A stretch of 64,000 nt of DNA from a virus (lineage: Duplodnaviria; Caudoviricetes), in the IMG/VR virus record IMGVR_UViG_3300034062_005626. One strand, 5' to 3'. Numbering within the stretch: the stretch's first letter is position 1; every line of letters begins with the position of its first letter. A program made the translations under genes and the position numbers. Below, in pieces: positions 43,916 to 54,614 of this stretch. The notes under the pieces were generated by a model. The model worked only from the letters and a program-made list of their open reading frames with translations. It searched no databases and was not told the DNA's origin.

Positions 43916-46900
43916 CTTGGTTCAATATATATGCTTTGATGTATCTGTTGATTGCACTTTTACCTTTGTTTAATCCAAAATAAAAATGATTAGGTCCTCC
44001 CACAATAAATGATTGTTGAGTACCTGCCGGCCAATTTGGATTTGATAAACCTTGTGGTGTTTGATTAAATATGTAACCTCTTCCTCCTGTTGTTGATGGG
44101 TTAAAGTATGGTGTAGTTGGAGGGTTAAAACTAAAGTTTTGGTATTTTTGATAATAAAAACTACCATTAGCCAAAACATCAGTAACCCAATCATTTGTGT
44201 CAGAACCAAAAATAGTTGAAGTTGTTGAAGATGACCACTGATATGTTGGGACTACTTGTGTGTTAGGGTAACCAAAATAATTTGTAAGGTTTGGTGCGAA
44301 TGTTTGAATACCCGGACTTAGTGTTAATCTATTAATTGTATTTGAACTAAAGAAGATTCCCATTAAAGCGTCTCCCGTACCAATATACAACTCATTATCA
44401 GTGTAATTATCTTCATCAAACTCTTCAATTCCATACTCAGAGTTTATTGAAAACATTTGAGCTACATCACCATCTATTCTGTCTTCACTTCTTGAAAACA
44501 TTCTGTTTATTGATGAATCACCCAAACCTAAAACTTGACCCCAAAAATTAGAGTTAATAAGTCTTGAAATAATAAACAACTGTAAAATTTCAGAAGTATC
44601 ATTGTATGAAGTACTTTTGATTGTTTCAATCAAGTACCCTTCAAAATTAGGGTTAGTACATATTTCTTTTGTAAACTCATCTCTTGGTCCTAAGTCCATA
44701 ATGGTGGTCGGGAAAAACAAATTTCTAACATTCATCCCTTTGAAGTTCGCGTCTTCAAATGTTGAACTTGTGATATTTAATTTTCTTGGTTTTTGTCCAA
44801 TAAATTTACTTCCGTCATAAATAGCACCTCTATAAAACAATGAATTTGTGGTTCCTCTTGTATAAAATATAGGTCCTTGATATGGTCTTAATGTACTATC
44901 AGGACTACCACAAAACTTATATTTTTTTGGTTGTCCCGCAATGTTAAAAATTGTTTGTTTTTTCAATGAGAACATATATAAAGAACCATTGACCCAATTG
45001 TTTTGAAACACATGTGAAAATATTCCTCTACATGCAGCAAACACCATTCTAAATCTTGTTTTCCATTCAAAGAAATATGTAACATCTTTTGGTATTGAAA
45101 CAAGTAATGGACTATCAACAAATTTGTAACATCCCCCTGACATTCTTTTTCCATTCGGATTTTCACTACATGGATTTTGAACTGAAAAAGATGTCCCACC
45201 GCCTTGGTAACATTTTAATACTGTCATGTTTTCACAGGAAAGTGATGCCAAAACTGTACTTGATATTTGACTCGGAGTGTCTCCTGTTATATCTTGAGCA
45301 TTATTTGTAGTGTCATTAGGACCATTTGTTGATGGTGCCAATGAAGTACCACCATCTTCGTCTACTGTGTAGACCGCAAAGTTGTCGTTTAAAAATAAAC
45401 TAAACGAGTTATTACCACTTAATTCTGTCGCACTTGATGTAGGTAGTCTATCAGACCTAAATACAATGTTAGAAGAGTTTGAAATGGAAATGTTCGATAC
45501 TACCGAAGTGTGGTATGCTGGTGAATAAACTCTTGTGGTTGTTGTTGCAATGTTTATACTTGTTCCCGGAGTTGCGTTTGAAGCAATTAAAGTTCCACCT
45601 TCAATATTACCTTGAGCACTTAACACACCATTTGTCCATTGGAACGCCAATTTATTATTACCAACACTTGGTTGTATATTTGAATATACACCAGGTGTGG
45701 AAGTAAAATATGATAAAGTCACAGCGTCTGATGAATAAGCTTTAAATGTTTGTTGTGACTTATCTGTTGAGTTATAAAAGTAAGGTGAGTTGTTTGTAAA
45801 TGCACTAAACAATGTACTATCAGGAGTAAAACCAAAAGGTGGGTGATATAATGACGCATTTGTATTATTTGAAACTAAATGTGATTCAGGCGTTTTATAA
45901 TCATTAAACCAAGCTCCACTTCCTGAGTTTTGTTGTATTGGTACATTAAGATAATAACTACCTTCAATAACAGGACCCGAACCTAAGTTAAATCCAAATA
46001 ATTTCGATAGGTCATATCTTATATTTTGTTTGTCGGTGTATGGGTCCGTACCTCTTGTTAAAAATATAATTTCATAGTTTGCAAAATTATCAATAAATTT
46101 GATTGGGAATACGTAGTCACATTGTTGTACTGGTGTACCATAACAGAATCTTTGTGTCTTTTTAAACAAATATTTGTTAAGTAATCCTCCCGTTGTGTTT
46201 GTTAATCCTGAAAACTGTGATACAGTACCTCCTGTGATAACTTGAAAATATTCAACCCCCGCAGGATATTTGTAATCTTTTCCATCTTCAGATATATTTA
46301 ATTTCAAGTTTACAGTTTGTTGTAAACCTGCTTGATTAATGTAATTAACAGGAACTGTCACTAAACTTGTTGCGTTATATGGTGTAGTTCCCGTAATACT
46401 ATTAGTATTAAACTGATTGGAATTAGTTATACCCGTTAAGTTGGGGTCATTTATTAAGTTGATGTCTTGGAATGTTAAAAGTTGTCCAGGTTGTAAACCG
46501 TTGAAAGTTCCACTATCAACAAATAACATCATAACACTATCGGTAAACGGTTGTGACGCATCTAATGTTGTTGTATTTGGAATGTTGTTTCTAACAGTTG
46601 TTTGAATTAAATTATCACCTTCAAAATATCTTTGTCTAATATTTGCTAAATTCAAAGATTGTGATAGTGTAACGTCATTCGCTAATACTTTTATTCCCCC
46701 TTGTGCCGGATATTCGGCAATTGGAGTTTTAACTAACTTATCATTATCATTTCCAAGATTTTGGAATTGGTAACCCGCCATCGCTTGGACAACTCCATTG
46801 TTAAAAGCGTCAGGGTCATTTGCCGAAGATGCTTGCGATGAGTTGTAAACACTATAAGAAGTTGTGGAATTTGTATTCGCTAAAGGACTATTATTTTCTG

Positions 46901-48761
46901 ATGAAATTGCAACATTTGCACTTTGAGCGAATGAACTTTGACTACTATCTTCAGGAAGTGTTTCATCAGTACATGGGCAGGCCTCACAATCAGGATAAGA
47001 CAACATGGGTAAAGAAATTCTTTTAAATATATTTTCTTTTCCTAATGGTTTAATTGATTGGGTTTTACAACCACCTTTAGGTCTTGCTCCAAATGTGATT
47101 GCACTTATCGCTAAACAAATACCATATATAACAACATTTATTACCCATATTAAAAGATTTATCAATATTCTTAATATTGGGTATATAAATGCAACAAAGT
47201 GTAAAATGATTATTAAAGTTATGAACGTAGGTGTAAGTAGTATTAAAAGTAGACTTAGTAAAAAGAACAAAAAGTCAAAATTTCTTACACCATCATTAAC
47301 CGGAAATCTGTTTGTGGTGGTAGTACATCGTCTATCTGTAATTTCTTTTATACCTAAATGTCTACTTCTATTGAATCCCCACTTCCATCTATCTATAAAA
47401 TTTGCAACTGTATAAACTTTATTGAAATTAAATTGATAAAACTTATCATTACAGTTTACAGCCTCTTGAATCATTTGTTGACCTATTGTCGTATTCACAT
47501 CCCCATAATCATCCCAATCTAAACTAAATGCGTATGATTTTAATTGTGCGGTTACGTCTGTAGGCGCATTGATGTTAGATGTGGTCCATCCCCATTCTTT
47601 AACATTTGGAACCAAATAATCTGCTCTTAATACACTTGATTCCATTCCATCTTCATTCTGATATTGGATTCTAAATCTATATTTTCCTTTTGTTGGTATA
47701 CCGACATTTGGGTCTGTTGATAGTACTTGTTCACCAAACTCGTTTGTTGTTACGTAGTCCAAATTCATTGGGACGTTTACTAACCAAGTACCGTTGTCAT
47801 CAATTATTTTACCTCCTTCGGGTAGTGAATATTGTTCTAATGCCGGTCTACCGTTTACATCATAATTTATTGTTTGTCTAATTGCTAATATTCTTCCTTG
47901 CCCTGTGACTAAATCACATAAATTACCGGAGTCTTTTTTAGGTTTACAATTTGATTTTAAAAAGTCTTCTTCACTTGTTGAAAACAATGAACCCATAAAA
48001 ACGGCTTGAGGTGTAATTTCAATCCCTAAATCTCTTAAATCAAAATCAACTCTTGTTATTCCAACATTACAAATGTTTTCTTCACCCCAGAAAGATGCAA
48101 CGTCTATATCTTTTTTTTGATTTACTATTTGAGGTAGTGAGTCTAAATCTGTCGATGATTTAAATTGGTCCCCATCAAATTGTTCTGTAGTTCCCCGACC
48201 TAATCTTATTAAGTCTGAAGGTCTAAGTGAAAAACAACCGATGTTTGATAAGTCTAAATCTAGTATTGCGGTTTGAATACCTAACGGTACACCAATAATC
48301 ATAAAGTCACCACTTTCATTAGTTTTTACAGTGTACTTATAATACTTTTCATAAACTTCTAAAACTTCATTTCTTGTTAAAACATCCTCCACATCAGGAA
48401 ATGTACCAGTCGGACTATGACCACCATACTCTTTAACATATGGTAATAAGTTATATCTATAACCATCTTCGTTTTTTTGGTCAGGTCTTTTATAAGGGTA
48501 TAATGTGGATATAATTGGGTCGTTTTCGTCAATAGCATCCAATGGAACAAAAATAGATACATTTGCGTTTGGAACACCGTACCCACCATTAACAACAACT
48601 CTACCTGCAACAACACCGTAGTCGGCACAAAATCTTGTATATACATCTTCTTGTCTTAACTTTAAAGATAGTATCTCTAAAAAGTCAAAATCCTGTGTTA
48701 CGTTAATTCTTAGATTTTGGTCTTTTGTTGGTTGAGCCTTTAGTCTATATGTTTTGGTCAT
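43908..48761 (-). CDS. Large baseplate/tail-associated protein with internal hydrophobic segment
   Basis: 1617 aa; N-terminal GVVAGRVV...GVPNANVSIF (prealbumin-like fold); about 60 hydrophobic residues at 47086-47283. Confidence 0.65.
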   Translation of the reverse strand: MTKTYRLKAQPTKDQNLRINVTQDFDFLEILSLKLRQEDVYTRFCADYGVVAGRVVVNGGYGVPNANVSIFVPLDAIDENDPIISTLYPYKRPDQKNEDGYRYNLLPYVKEYGGHSPTGTFPDVEDVLTRNEVLEVYEKYYKYTVKTNESGDFMIIGVPLGIQTAILDLDLSNIGCFSLRPSDLIRLGRGTTEQFDGDQFKSSTDLDSLPQIVNQKKDIDVASFWGEENICNVGITRVDFDLRDLGIEITPQAVFMGSLFSTSEEDFLKSNCKPKKDSGNLCDLVTGQGRILAIRQTINYDVNGRPALEQYSLPEGGKIIDDNGTWLVNVPMNLDYVTTNEFGEQVLSTDPNVGIPTKGKYRFRIQYQNEDGMESSVLRADYLVPNVKEWGWTTSNINAPTDVTAQLKSYAFSLDWDDYGDVNTTIGQQMIQEAVNCNDKFYQFNFNKVYTVANFIDRWKWGFNRSRHLGIKEITDRRCTTTTNRFPVNDGVRNFDFLFFLLSLLLILLTPTFITLIIILHFVAFIYPILRILINLLIWVINVVIYGICLAISAITFGARPKGGCKTQSIKPLGKENIFKRISLPMLSYPDCEACPCTDETLPEDSSQSSFAQSANVAISSENNSPLANTNSTTSYSVYNSSQASSANDPDAFNNGVVQAMAGYQFQNLGNDNDKLVKTPIAEYPAQGGIKVLANDVTLSQSLNLANIRQRYFEGDNLIQTTVRNNIPNTTTLDASQPFTDSVMMLFVDSGTFNGLQPGQLLTFQDINLINDPNLTGITNSNQFNTNSITGTTPYNATSLVTVPVNYINQAGLQQTVNLKLNISEDGKDYKYPAGVEYFQVITGGTVSQFSGLTNTTGGLLNKYLFKKTQRFCYGTPVQQCDYVFPIKFIDNFANYEIIFLTRGTDPYTDKQNIRYDLSKLFGFNLGSGPVIEGSYYLNVPIQQNSGSGAWFNDYKTPESHLVSNNTNASLYHPPFGFTPDSTLFSAFTNNSPYFYNSTDKSQQTFKAYSSDAVTLSYFTSTPGVYSNIQPSVGNNKLAFQWTNGVLSAQGNIEGGTLIASNATPGTSINIATTTTRVYSPAYHTSVVSNISISNSSNIVFRSDRLPTSSATELSGNNSFSLFLNDNFAVYTVDEDGGTSLAPSTNGPNDTTNNAQDITGDTPSQISSTVLASLSCENMTVLKCYQGGGTSFSVQNPCSENPNGKRMSGGCYKFVDSPLLVSIPKDVTYFFEWKTRFRMVFAACRGIFSHVFQNNWVNGSLYMFSLKKQTIFNIAGQPKKYKFCGSPDSTLRPYQGPIFYTRGTTNSLFYRGAIYDGSKFIGQKPRKLNITSSTFEDANFKGMNVRNLFFPTTIMDLGPRDEFTKEICTNPNFEGYLIETIKSTSYNDTSEILQLFIISRLINSNFWGQVLGLGDSSINRMFSRSEDRIDGDVAQMFSINSEYGIEEFDEDNYTDNELYIGTGDALMGIFFSSNTINRLTLSPGIQTFAPNLTNYFGYPNTQVVPTYQWSSSTTSTIFGSDTNDWVTDVLANGSFYYQKYQNFSFNPPTTPYFNPSTTGGRGYIFNQTPQGLSNPNWPAGTQQSFIVGGPNHFYFGLNKGKSAINRYIKAYILNQDE

Positions 48762-48835
48762 TTACTGTTTTAAAATAAATAGATAATTTAGGTTTTTTAT
48801 TTAAAACTAATAACCTTAAAAATAAAATAAATGAT

Positions 48836-50674
48836 TTAGTAGAAGTCTACGGTTCTTAGTTGTTTTACCCTTACATTAATATCTCTAGAATCAAATCTGA
48901 TTTGATATATTTGGTCTGGTTCGGCAAATAAGGTGTCGTCAATTAATAAAATTTCTTTGGTTTCCGCATCGGCGTACCTTTGAGATGTTTCAGATGACGA
49001 ATATTGACCCCCTGTTCTGTTATATATTTTCAAATCTGTTAATGTATTAACACCTGCAACGTCTTGTATTAATCTTCTAATATCAGAAACGTTTACATTT
49101 TGACCTAAATCTCTGTTTTGCGGATTCATGTAAGTTGATACTTGGTCAATAATTTGAGTAATTATTTGACTTTGAGCGGTATTATTTTCGATTACAACAG
49201 ATATTTCAAACTCTAAATCTATTACCTTTGCGACATCAATTGATATGTAGTCATTTATCATTCTATACTTAGACAAATAGGTTGCCAAGTTTGTTTTAAT
49301 TGCGTTTGGAACTGTTTGTGTTAGATTCCCGTCTGAATCATATGATAAAATTTGTACAGTAACTTTGTTATTATTTTCTGTAATCGCGACTTTGGCAGGT
49401 GCCCCAAATTTACCTGGCATTGTATCGATTAAAGATTTATAGTCATTAACTGTCACCGCTCTTTTTTGTGCCGCAAAGTTAAAACTAACCATGTTTCTTG
49501 CCTCTTCAATTGTTGGTTGGTTTGCTCCTCCAACCGCACTTGTTACATTATTAATTTTTAATGATTGTACAACACTTTGATTGATTTGTGATGATGGTCC
49601 GTTTACCGCTAAATTAACTAATCCAACTTGGTTGATTGAACCAACACCAACATTTGATGCAGTTCCTCCACCTACTCGGTACTGAACAAATAGTGTTGTG
49701 TTAGGTGTTACTGTAAGTCCCAATCCGATATTATTTTGATAATTTTGTATTTTTAATGGGGTTCCAAGATTTGCAAATTGTTGAAGTTGTTGATTTGGTG
49801 TTGTCGTTGCTGCCCCAAATTGTACCTTCATATAACTTTCGGGTGTGTATTCTGTTATAAATCTGTTGTCAGTTTTTATATATTGACCAACTTTAACGCC
49901 AGCATTGTCTATTGGTTTTGTGGGGTCCTCAATAAAAACTGTGTCTTCCGCCAATGCGTCAACTTCATACCATTTGTTCTGTGATGTTATAAATTCAGCA
50001 TTTGTTGGGGTTGATTGGTATTGTGTTCCGTCTTTTTGTATGATTGTTGTAACAGACAAAACATTCTTTTCAGGTAAAAAGAAACTATAGAAAGGAACTA
50101 CGTCTGCAGCATTTACAACTTGTTTATATATTTTAGTAACACCATTAACAACAACTTCTCTTTTAGTTATTATATAACTTGTTATTTTATTATTGTTGTC
50201 AAAAACAGGGGTTTTGGTTCTATTATTTACCCCTTCGTTGTTATATTGTGTAGAAAAATCAACATCATAGACTGTTTCAAATGTTTGCCCTCCACCATTA
50301 AACTGAGCCCCCGCTCTTAAAATACCTAAGTATCTTGAATCTTCATTGTCACCAAATGCCGGAACTTGTATTGATATTTCCACAAGAGCAACTGAAGGTC
50401 TAAATCCCGGTATTTTCAAACCATAGGTTCTTGCAATATTAAAAATAGAAGACCTTTGTTGTGCATATTGTAAGACAGTTTCTTGAATACTTCTATCGAT
50501 ATGAAAATGTAAATTATCTCCAATCGCAGCATTTAAATCCATCAAAACTGAAAAGATTGAAGCGTCATTAAAATTTTGAATTATTTCAGGATAATACTGT
50601 TGGGTATAGTTGATTAAGTCCTTTCTTAGACTTTCAAAATCCCTACTTGTATAATTAATTTTTTGAGTTGCCAT
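48836..50674 (-). CDS. Baseplate wedge subunit (T4 gp6 / baseplate J-like)
   Basis: INYTSRDFESLRKDL, NFNDAS, AQKRAVTVNDY. Confidence 0.85.
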   Translation of the reverse strand: MATQKINYTSRDFESLRKDLINYTQQYYPEIIQNFNDASIFSVLMDLNAAIGDNLHFHIDRSIQETVLQYAQQRSSIFNIARTYGLKIPGFRPSVALVEISIQVPAFGDNEDSRYLGILRAGAQFNGGGQTFETVYDVDFSTQYNNEGVNNRTKTPVFDNNNKITSYIITKREVVVNGVTKIYKQVVNAADVVPFYSFFLPEKNVLSVTTIIQKDGTQYQSTPTNAEFITSQNKWYEVDALAEDTVFIEDPTKPIDNAGVKVGQYIKTDNRFITEYTPESYMKVQFGAATTTPNQQLQQFANLGTPLKIQNYQNNIGLGLTVTPNTTLFVQYRVGGGTASNVGVGSINQVGLVNLAVNGPSSQINQSVVQSLKINNVTSAVGGANQPTIEEARNMVSFNFAAQKRAVTVNDYKSLIDTMPGKFGAPAKVAITENNNKVTVQILSYDSDGNLTQTVPNAIKTNLATYLSKYRMINDYISIDVAKVIDLEFEISVVIENNTAQSQIITQIIDQVSTYMNPQNRDLGQNVNVSDIRRLIQDVAGVNTLTDLKIYNRTGGQYSSSETSQRYADAETKEILLIDDTLFAEPDQIYQIRFDSRDINVRVKQLRTVDFY

Positions 50675-50676
50675 AA

Positions 50677-51141
50677 TTATATGTTAATTATTATAAATTC
50701 TCTTGAACCAAACGAGTTGTTGTCGTCCGTATAATCTATTGTAAGTTTAGCTGTGTATTCTTGAGTTGCTCTACCAGGTATTCTATATATATCACTTGTT
50801 CCTAATAACTCTTGGTTAATGTCACCTGGAGCCTCATCTGATTGTAAATATGGAACCACTTTAATTTCATTTATAGTTAAATTTGGTATGTACTTGTCAA
50901 CCTGTTGTTGTATTTCAGATTTGATTCCGTCAAACGTTTCACCATCCAAAGGGTCAAAAATAAATTCATATATACGTGTTCCAAAATCAGGATTATAATA
51001 TCTACTACCTCTTGCGGTTAATATCAAATGTAAAAGGTCTGCCCGTATCTCATCACCAGCATTTTCGGTTAAATCAAAATAATAAGATTTTGGACTATCC
51101 CTAAAGGGAAAATTAACACCATAAGTTCTTCCATCTGCCAT
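50677..51141 (-). CDS. Baseplate wedge subunit (T4 gp25 / GPW-like)
   Basis: LLHLILTARGSRYYNPDFGTRIYEFIFDP. Confidence 0.88.
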   Translation of the reverse strand: MADGRTYGVNFPFRDSPKSYYFDLTENAGDEIRADLLHLILTARGSRYYNPDFGTRIYEFIFDPLDGETFDGIKSEIQQQVDKYIPNLTINEIKVVPYLQSDEAPGDINQELLGTSDIYRIPGRATQEYTAKLTIDYTDDNNSFGSREFIIINI

Positions 51142-51192
51142 ATTACATAAATATAATATCCAACATTTTTAGTTAAATAGATATAAATAAAA

Positions 51193-51213
51193 AATCCGAG
51201 TATAACTCGGATT
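51193..51213 (-). terminator. Intrinsic terminator after nrdA
   Basis: AATCCGAGT-loop-ACTCGGATT with T-rich flank. Confidence 0.7.
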
Positions 51214-51218
51214 AATTT

Positions 51219-53642
51219 TTAAGAAGAACAACCAAAACAATCAAAGTCTGAATTAGTTGGTTTTGGTGGAAGATTCATATATGAATAATCTACTTTTGGT
51301 TCAACCGGTGAAACTTTTGGTTTTTCCTTTTTTGTAACATCTAAAGCCAAGTGTTTTGCTCCTGTTGAAATGGCCTTTGTTCTTACATAATAACAAAGAG
51401 TCTTTAGACCTTTTTCCCATCCATAAAAATGTGAAGATGTTATTTTAGAAAGTGTTGGGTTAGACATGTAAATATTCATAGATTGTGATTGGTCAATAAA
51501 CGGAGCTCTTTCGGCAGCCATGTCAATCAATTCTCTTTGTGAAATTTCCCAAATTGTTTTGTATTTTGGAATCAAATGTTCAATTCTTTTAACCTTTCTA
51601 TTATAACCTTTTTCTTCAGTATCTAAGTAATTGTTGAAATTAATATTTTGAATTGAACCTTCATTCATAATAATTTCATTTTTTAAATCCTCGGACCAAA
51701 TTCCAATTTTTTCAAAGTCGTTGATTAGGTATTTGTTTACAATCATAATTTCACCTCCAACAACACGTCTATTAAATAAAGCCGAATGTGCGGGTTCTGT
51801 CATTTCGAATGAACCTGTAATTTTGGCGGAAGATGCTACAGGCATTTGAGCGGTGAATAATGAATTACACACCCCATAAGTCATCACGTCTTCTTTCAAG
51901 GTTTTCCAATCCATAAACAAATCTTCTTCAGAGAGTCCCCACATATCAAATTGAAAAATCCCTTGTGACATAGGTGAACCTTTGAAAAACTCATATGGGG
52001 TTCTCAAACCTTTTTTACACAAGTCATTACTTTCAAGAATAGCCGCGTAATAGATTGTTTCAAAAATGTTTTTATTTAATTTTTTAGCCTCAGGTGAGGT
52101 AAATATGTAATCCATTAAATAAAATACATCAGCCAATCCTTGTGTTCCAATTGCAATTGCTCTTTGTTCTAAACCACCTCTATGACCTTTTTCAGTAGAA
52201 TAGTTATTTTTATCAATAACATTATTTAATGCTCTAACAACTTTTCTAACTTCACTTATTAATAAAGAATAATCAAACTGTCCGTCTTTGATATAATTTT
52301 TTAACACTATTGAAGACAAAGTACAAATTGCTGTGGTCTTTTCATCTGTATATTGGTAAATCTCATTACATAGGTTAGACTGTTTAATTACTCCAATATT
52401 TTGGTGGTTAGTTTTTTTGTTTGCACTATCTTTAGAACATAAATAAGGAACTCCCGTTTCTACTTGAGACTCAATAATTTTAGTCCAAATGTCTTGTGCT
52501 TTAACTTTTTTACCAAGACCCATACTAACTGCCGTGTTATACACTTCTTCGTATTCATCTCCAAAACATTCTTGTAATGCCTTTAGTCCTGCCTTTTTAA
52601 TATCATTAGGACAGAATAAATACCAATCGGCGTTGTTCTTAACCGCATTCATAAAGTTGTCAGGAATCCAAAGTGCTGTAAATAAATCACGAGCTCTTAG
52701 TTCTTCGGCTCCTGTGTTCTTTTTAATATCTAATAAATCAAATATGTCTTTGTGCCAAGGTTCAAGATATATTGCCGCACTACCCGGTCTTCTACCTTGT
52801 TGATTAAAAAATCTTAAAGACTCATTAACGATTTTTAAATATTTTAACAATCCCCCTGCGTAACCACCTGAACTTGAAATTCTACTTTCTTTACTTCTTA
52901 TGTTAGACATTGAAAGTCCAATCCCGGCAGCATCCGATGAATAAGTTGAAATATCATTCATTGTATTTAACAATCCTTCTCTTGAGTCTGAATCGTTGTA
53001 GTGTAAAACACAAGACGCAAGTTGTGGTGTTTTGGTGCCAGAGTTAATCATAATTGGTGTTGCTGGTGAAATAAGTTGAGTCGATAAAGAGTTATAATAC
53101 TCTAACGCATCTTCTAATGTATTAGTAACCCATATCGCAACTCTCATATACATATGTTGTGGTCGTTCAACAACTTTACCATTTGGTCTTTTTAACAAAT
53201 ACATTTCTTGTAATGACCTCCAAGCAAAATAATCAAAGTTATAATCGTTGTCATGTTTAATTGCAACGTCGACAGTATCTTCACCGTAATATTCAATTCG
53301 TTTAATTAATTCTTCATTAACAACTCCATCCTCGTAAAGTAATCTCATAGTCTTTGAAAAACTTTCATCAGTTTCTTTATGATATGAAGATATTGCAACC
53401 GACGAAGCCATTCTTGAATAGTCGTGATGACTTCCTGTATAGGCTGCCGCAATCTCATAAATTAACTTATCAAGTTCTTTAGTTGTTACTTCCCCCTCAG
53501 TCGGAACCGATGTGATTACTTTAATAAAAATTTCATCTGAGTTTACGTTCAAACCTTTTGCTGAACGTTTTACTCTGTTATAAATTTTTTGTGGATTGAA
53601 CGCCACGTTCTCTCCATTTCTTTTTGTTATTTTTAATGACAT
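51219..53642 (-). CDS. nrdA: Class Ia ribonucleotide reductase alpha subunit with ATP cone
   Basis: N-terminal ITKRNG ATP cone, ATPIMIN, LASC, SNLCNEI, MPVASS, TLCYYVR, C-terminal CFGCSS. Confidence 0.97.
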   Translation of the reverse strand: MSLKITKRNGENVAFNPQKIYNRVKRSAKGLNVNSDEIFIKVITSVPTEGEVTTKELDKLIYEIAAAYTGSHHDYSRMASSVAISSYHKETDESFSKTMRLLYEDGVVNEELIKRIEYYGEDTVDVAIKHDNDYNFDYFAWRSLQEMYLLKRPNGKVVERPQHMYMRVAIWVTNTLEDALEYYNSLSTQLISPATPIMINSGTKTPQLASCVLHYNDSDSREGLLNTMNDISTYSSDAAGIGLSMSNIRSKESRISSSGGYAGGLLKYLKIVNESLRFFNQQGRRPGSAAIYLEPWHKDIFDLLDIKKNTGAEELRARDLFTALWIPDNFMNAVKNNADWYLFCPNDIKKAGLKALQECFGDEYEEVYNTAVSMGLGKKVKAQDIWTKIIESQVETGVPYLCSKDSANKKTNHQNIGVIKQSNLCNEIYQYTDEKTTAICTLSSIVLKNYIKDGQFDYSLLISEVRKVVRALNNVIDKNNYSTEKGHRGGLEQRAIAIGTQGLADVFYLMDYIFTSPEAKKLNKNIFETIYYAAILESNDLCKKGLRTPYEFFKGSPMSQGIFQFDMWGLSEEDLFMDWKTLKEDVMTYGVCNSLFTAQMPVASSAKITGSFEMTEPAHSALFNRRVVGGEIMIVNKYLINDFEKIGIWSEDLKNEIIMNEGSIQNINFNNYLDTEEKGYNRKVKRIEHLIPKYKTIWEISQRELIDMAAERAPFIDQSQSMNIYMSNPTLSKITSSHFYGWEKGLKTLCYYVRTKAISTGAKHLALDVTKKEKPKVSPVEPKVDYSYMNLPPKPTNSDFDCFGCSS

Positions 53643-53652
53643 ATTAATAAAT

Positions 53653-54600
53653 TTAAAAATCTTCTGTGAATGTTATAGTTTCGTTTAACTTTGCTTTTTG
53701 GTATTCCATTGTTCTTGATTCAAAGAAATTACCTTTTGTTTCAACCGCAATTTGTTCCATGAATTTAAATGGTTGTTCAACATTAAATTCTTTACTACAA
53801 CCCATCTTAACCAATAAACCATCAACAACAAACTCTAAGTATTGTTTCATTAGATTAGAGTTCATACCGATTAAAGATACTGGAAGTGATTCAGTGATAA
53901 ATTCTTTTTCAATTTCTAATGCTGAAAGTAGAATTTCTTTGATTCTTTTTTCTGATGGTCTTTCTTCTAAGTGGTTATTTAATAAGTGAATTGCAAAATC
54001 ACAATGTAAATTTTCATCTTTAAAGATAAGTGAATTAGCATTACATAATCCTTGCATAATACCTCTTGATTTCATCCAAAAAATAGAACAAAAAGAACCT
54101 GAAAAGAAAATACCTTCAACGGCAGCAAACGCAACTAACCTTTCGGCAAATGACGCCTTTTCAATCCATTCTAATGCCCATTTAGCTTTCTTTTGAACAG
54201 CCGGTAATCTATCAATCGCATTGAAACATTCGTCCTTTTCTTTAGCGTTTGAGATATACGTATCAATCAATAATGAATACATTAATGAGTGAATGTTTTC
54301 CATAGCCAATTGAAACCCGTAGAAAAATTTAGCTTCAGGATATTGAACTTCACGATAAAAGTTTTCAGCCAAGTTTTCATTCACAATACCATCTGACGCC
54401 GCAAAAAATGACAGTACATTCTTAATGAAGAATTTTTCATTTTCTGTCAAATTTTCCCAATCTCTGATGTCATTTGTTAAATCGACTTCTTCTGCTGTCC
54501 AAAATGCAGCTTGGTGTTGTTTGTAAAATTCCCATATATCATTGTGTTCAATTGGGAAGATGACGAACCGACCAGGATTTTCTGTTAATATTTTTTCCAT
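53653..54600 (-). CDS. nrdB: Class Ia ribonucleotide reductase beta subunit
   Basis: [36 protein letters not shown] metal ligands and radical Tyr. Confidence 0.97.
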   Translation of the reverse strand: MEKILTENPGRFVIFPIEHNDIWEFYKQHQAAFWTAEEVDLTNDIRDWENLTENEKFFIKNVLSFFAASDGIVNENLAENFYREVQYPEAKFFYGFQLAMENIHSLMYSLLIDTYISNAKEKDECFNAIDRLPAVQKKAKWALEWIEKASFAERLVAFAAVEGIFFSGSFCSIFWMKSRGIMQGLCNANSLIFKDENLHCDFAIHLLNNHLEERPSEKRIKEILLSALEIEKEFITESLPVSLIGMNSNLMKQYLEFVVDGLLVKMGCSKEFNVEQPFKFMEQIAVETKGNFFESRTMEYQKAKLNETITFTEDF

Positions 54601-54614
54601 AATTTTTAATTAAT

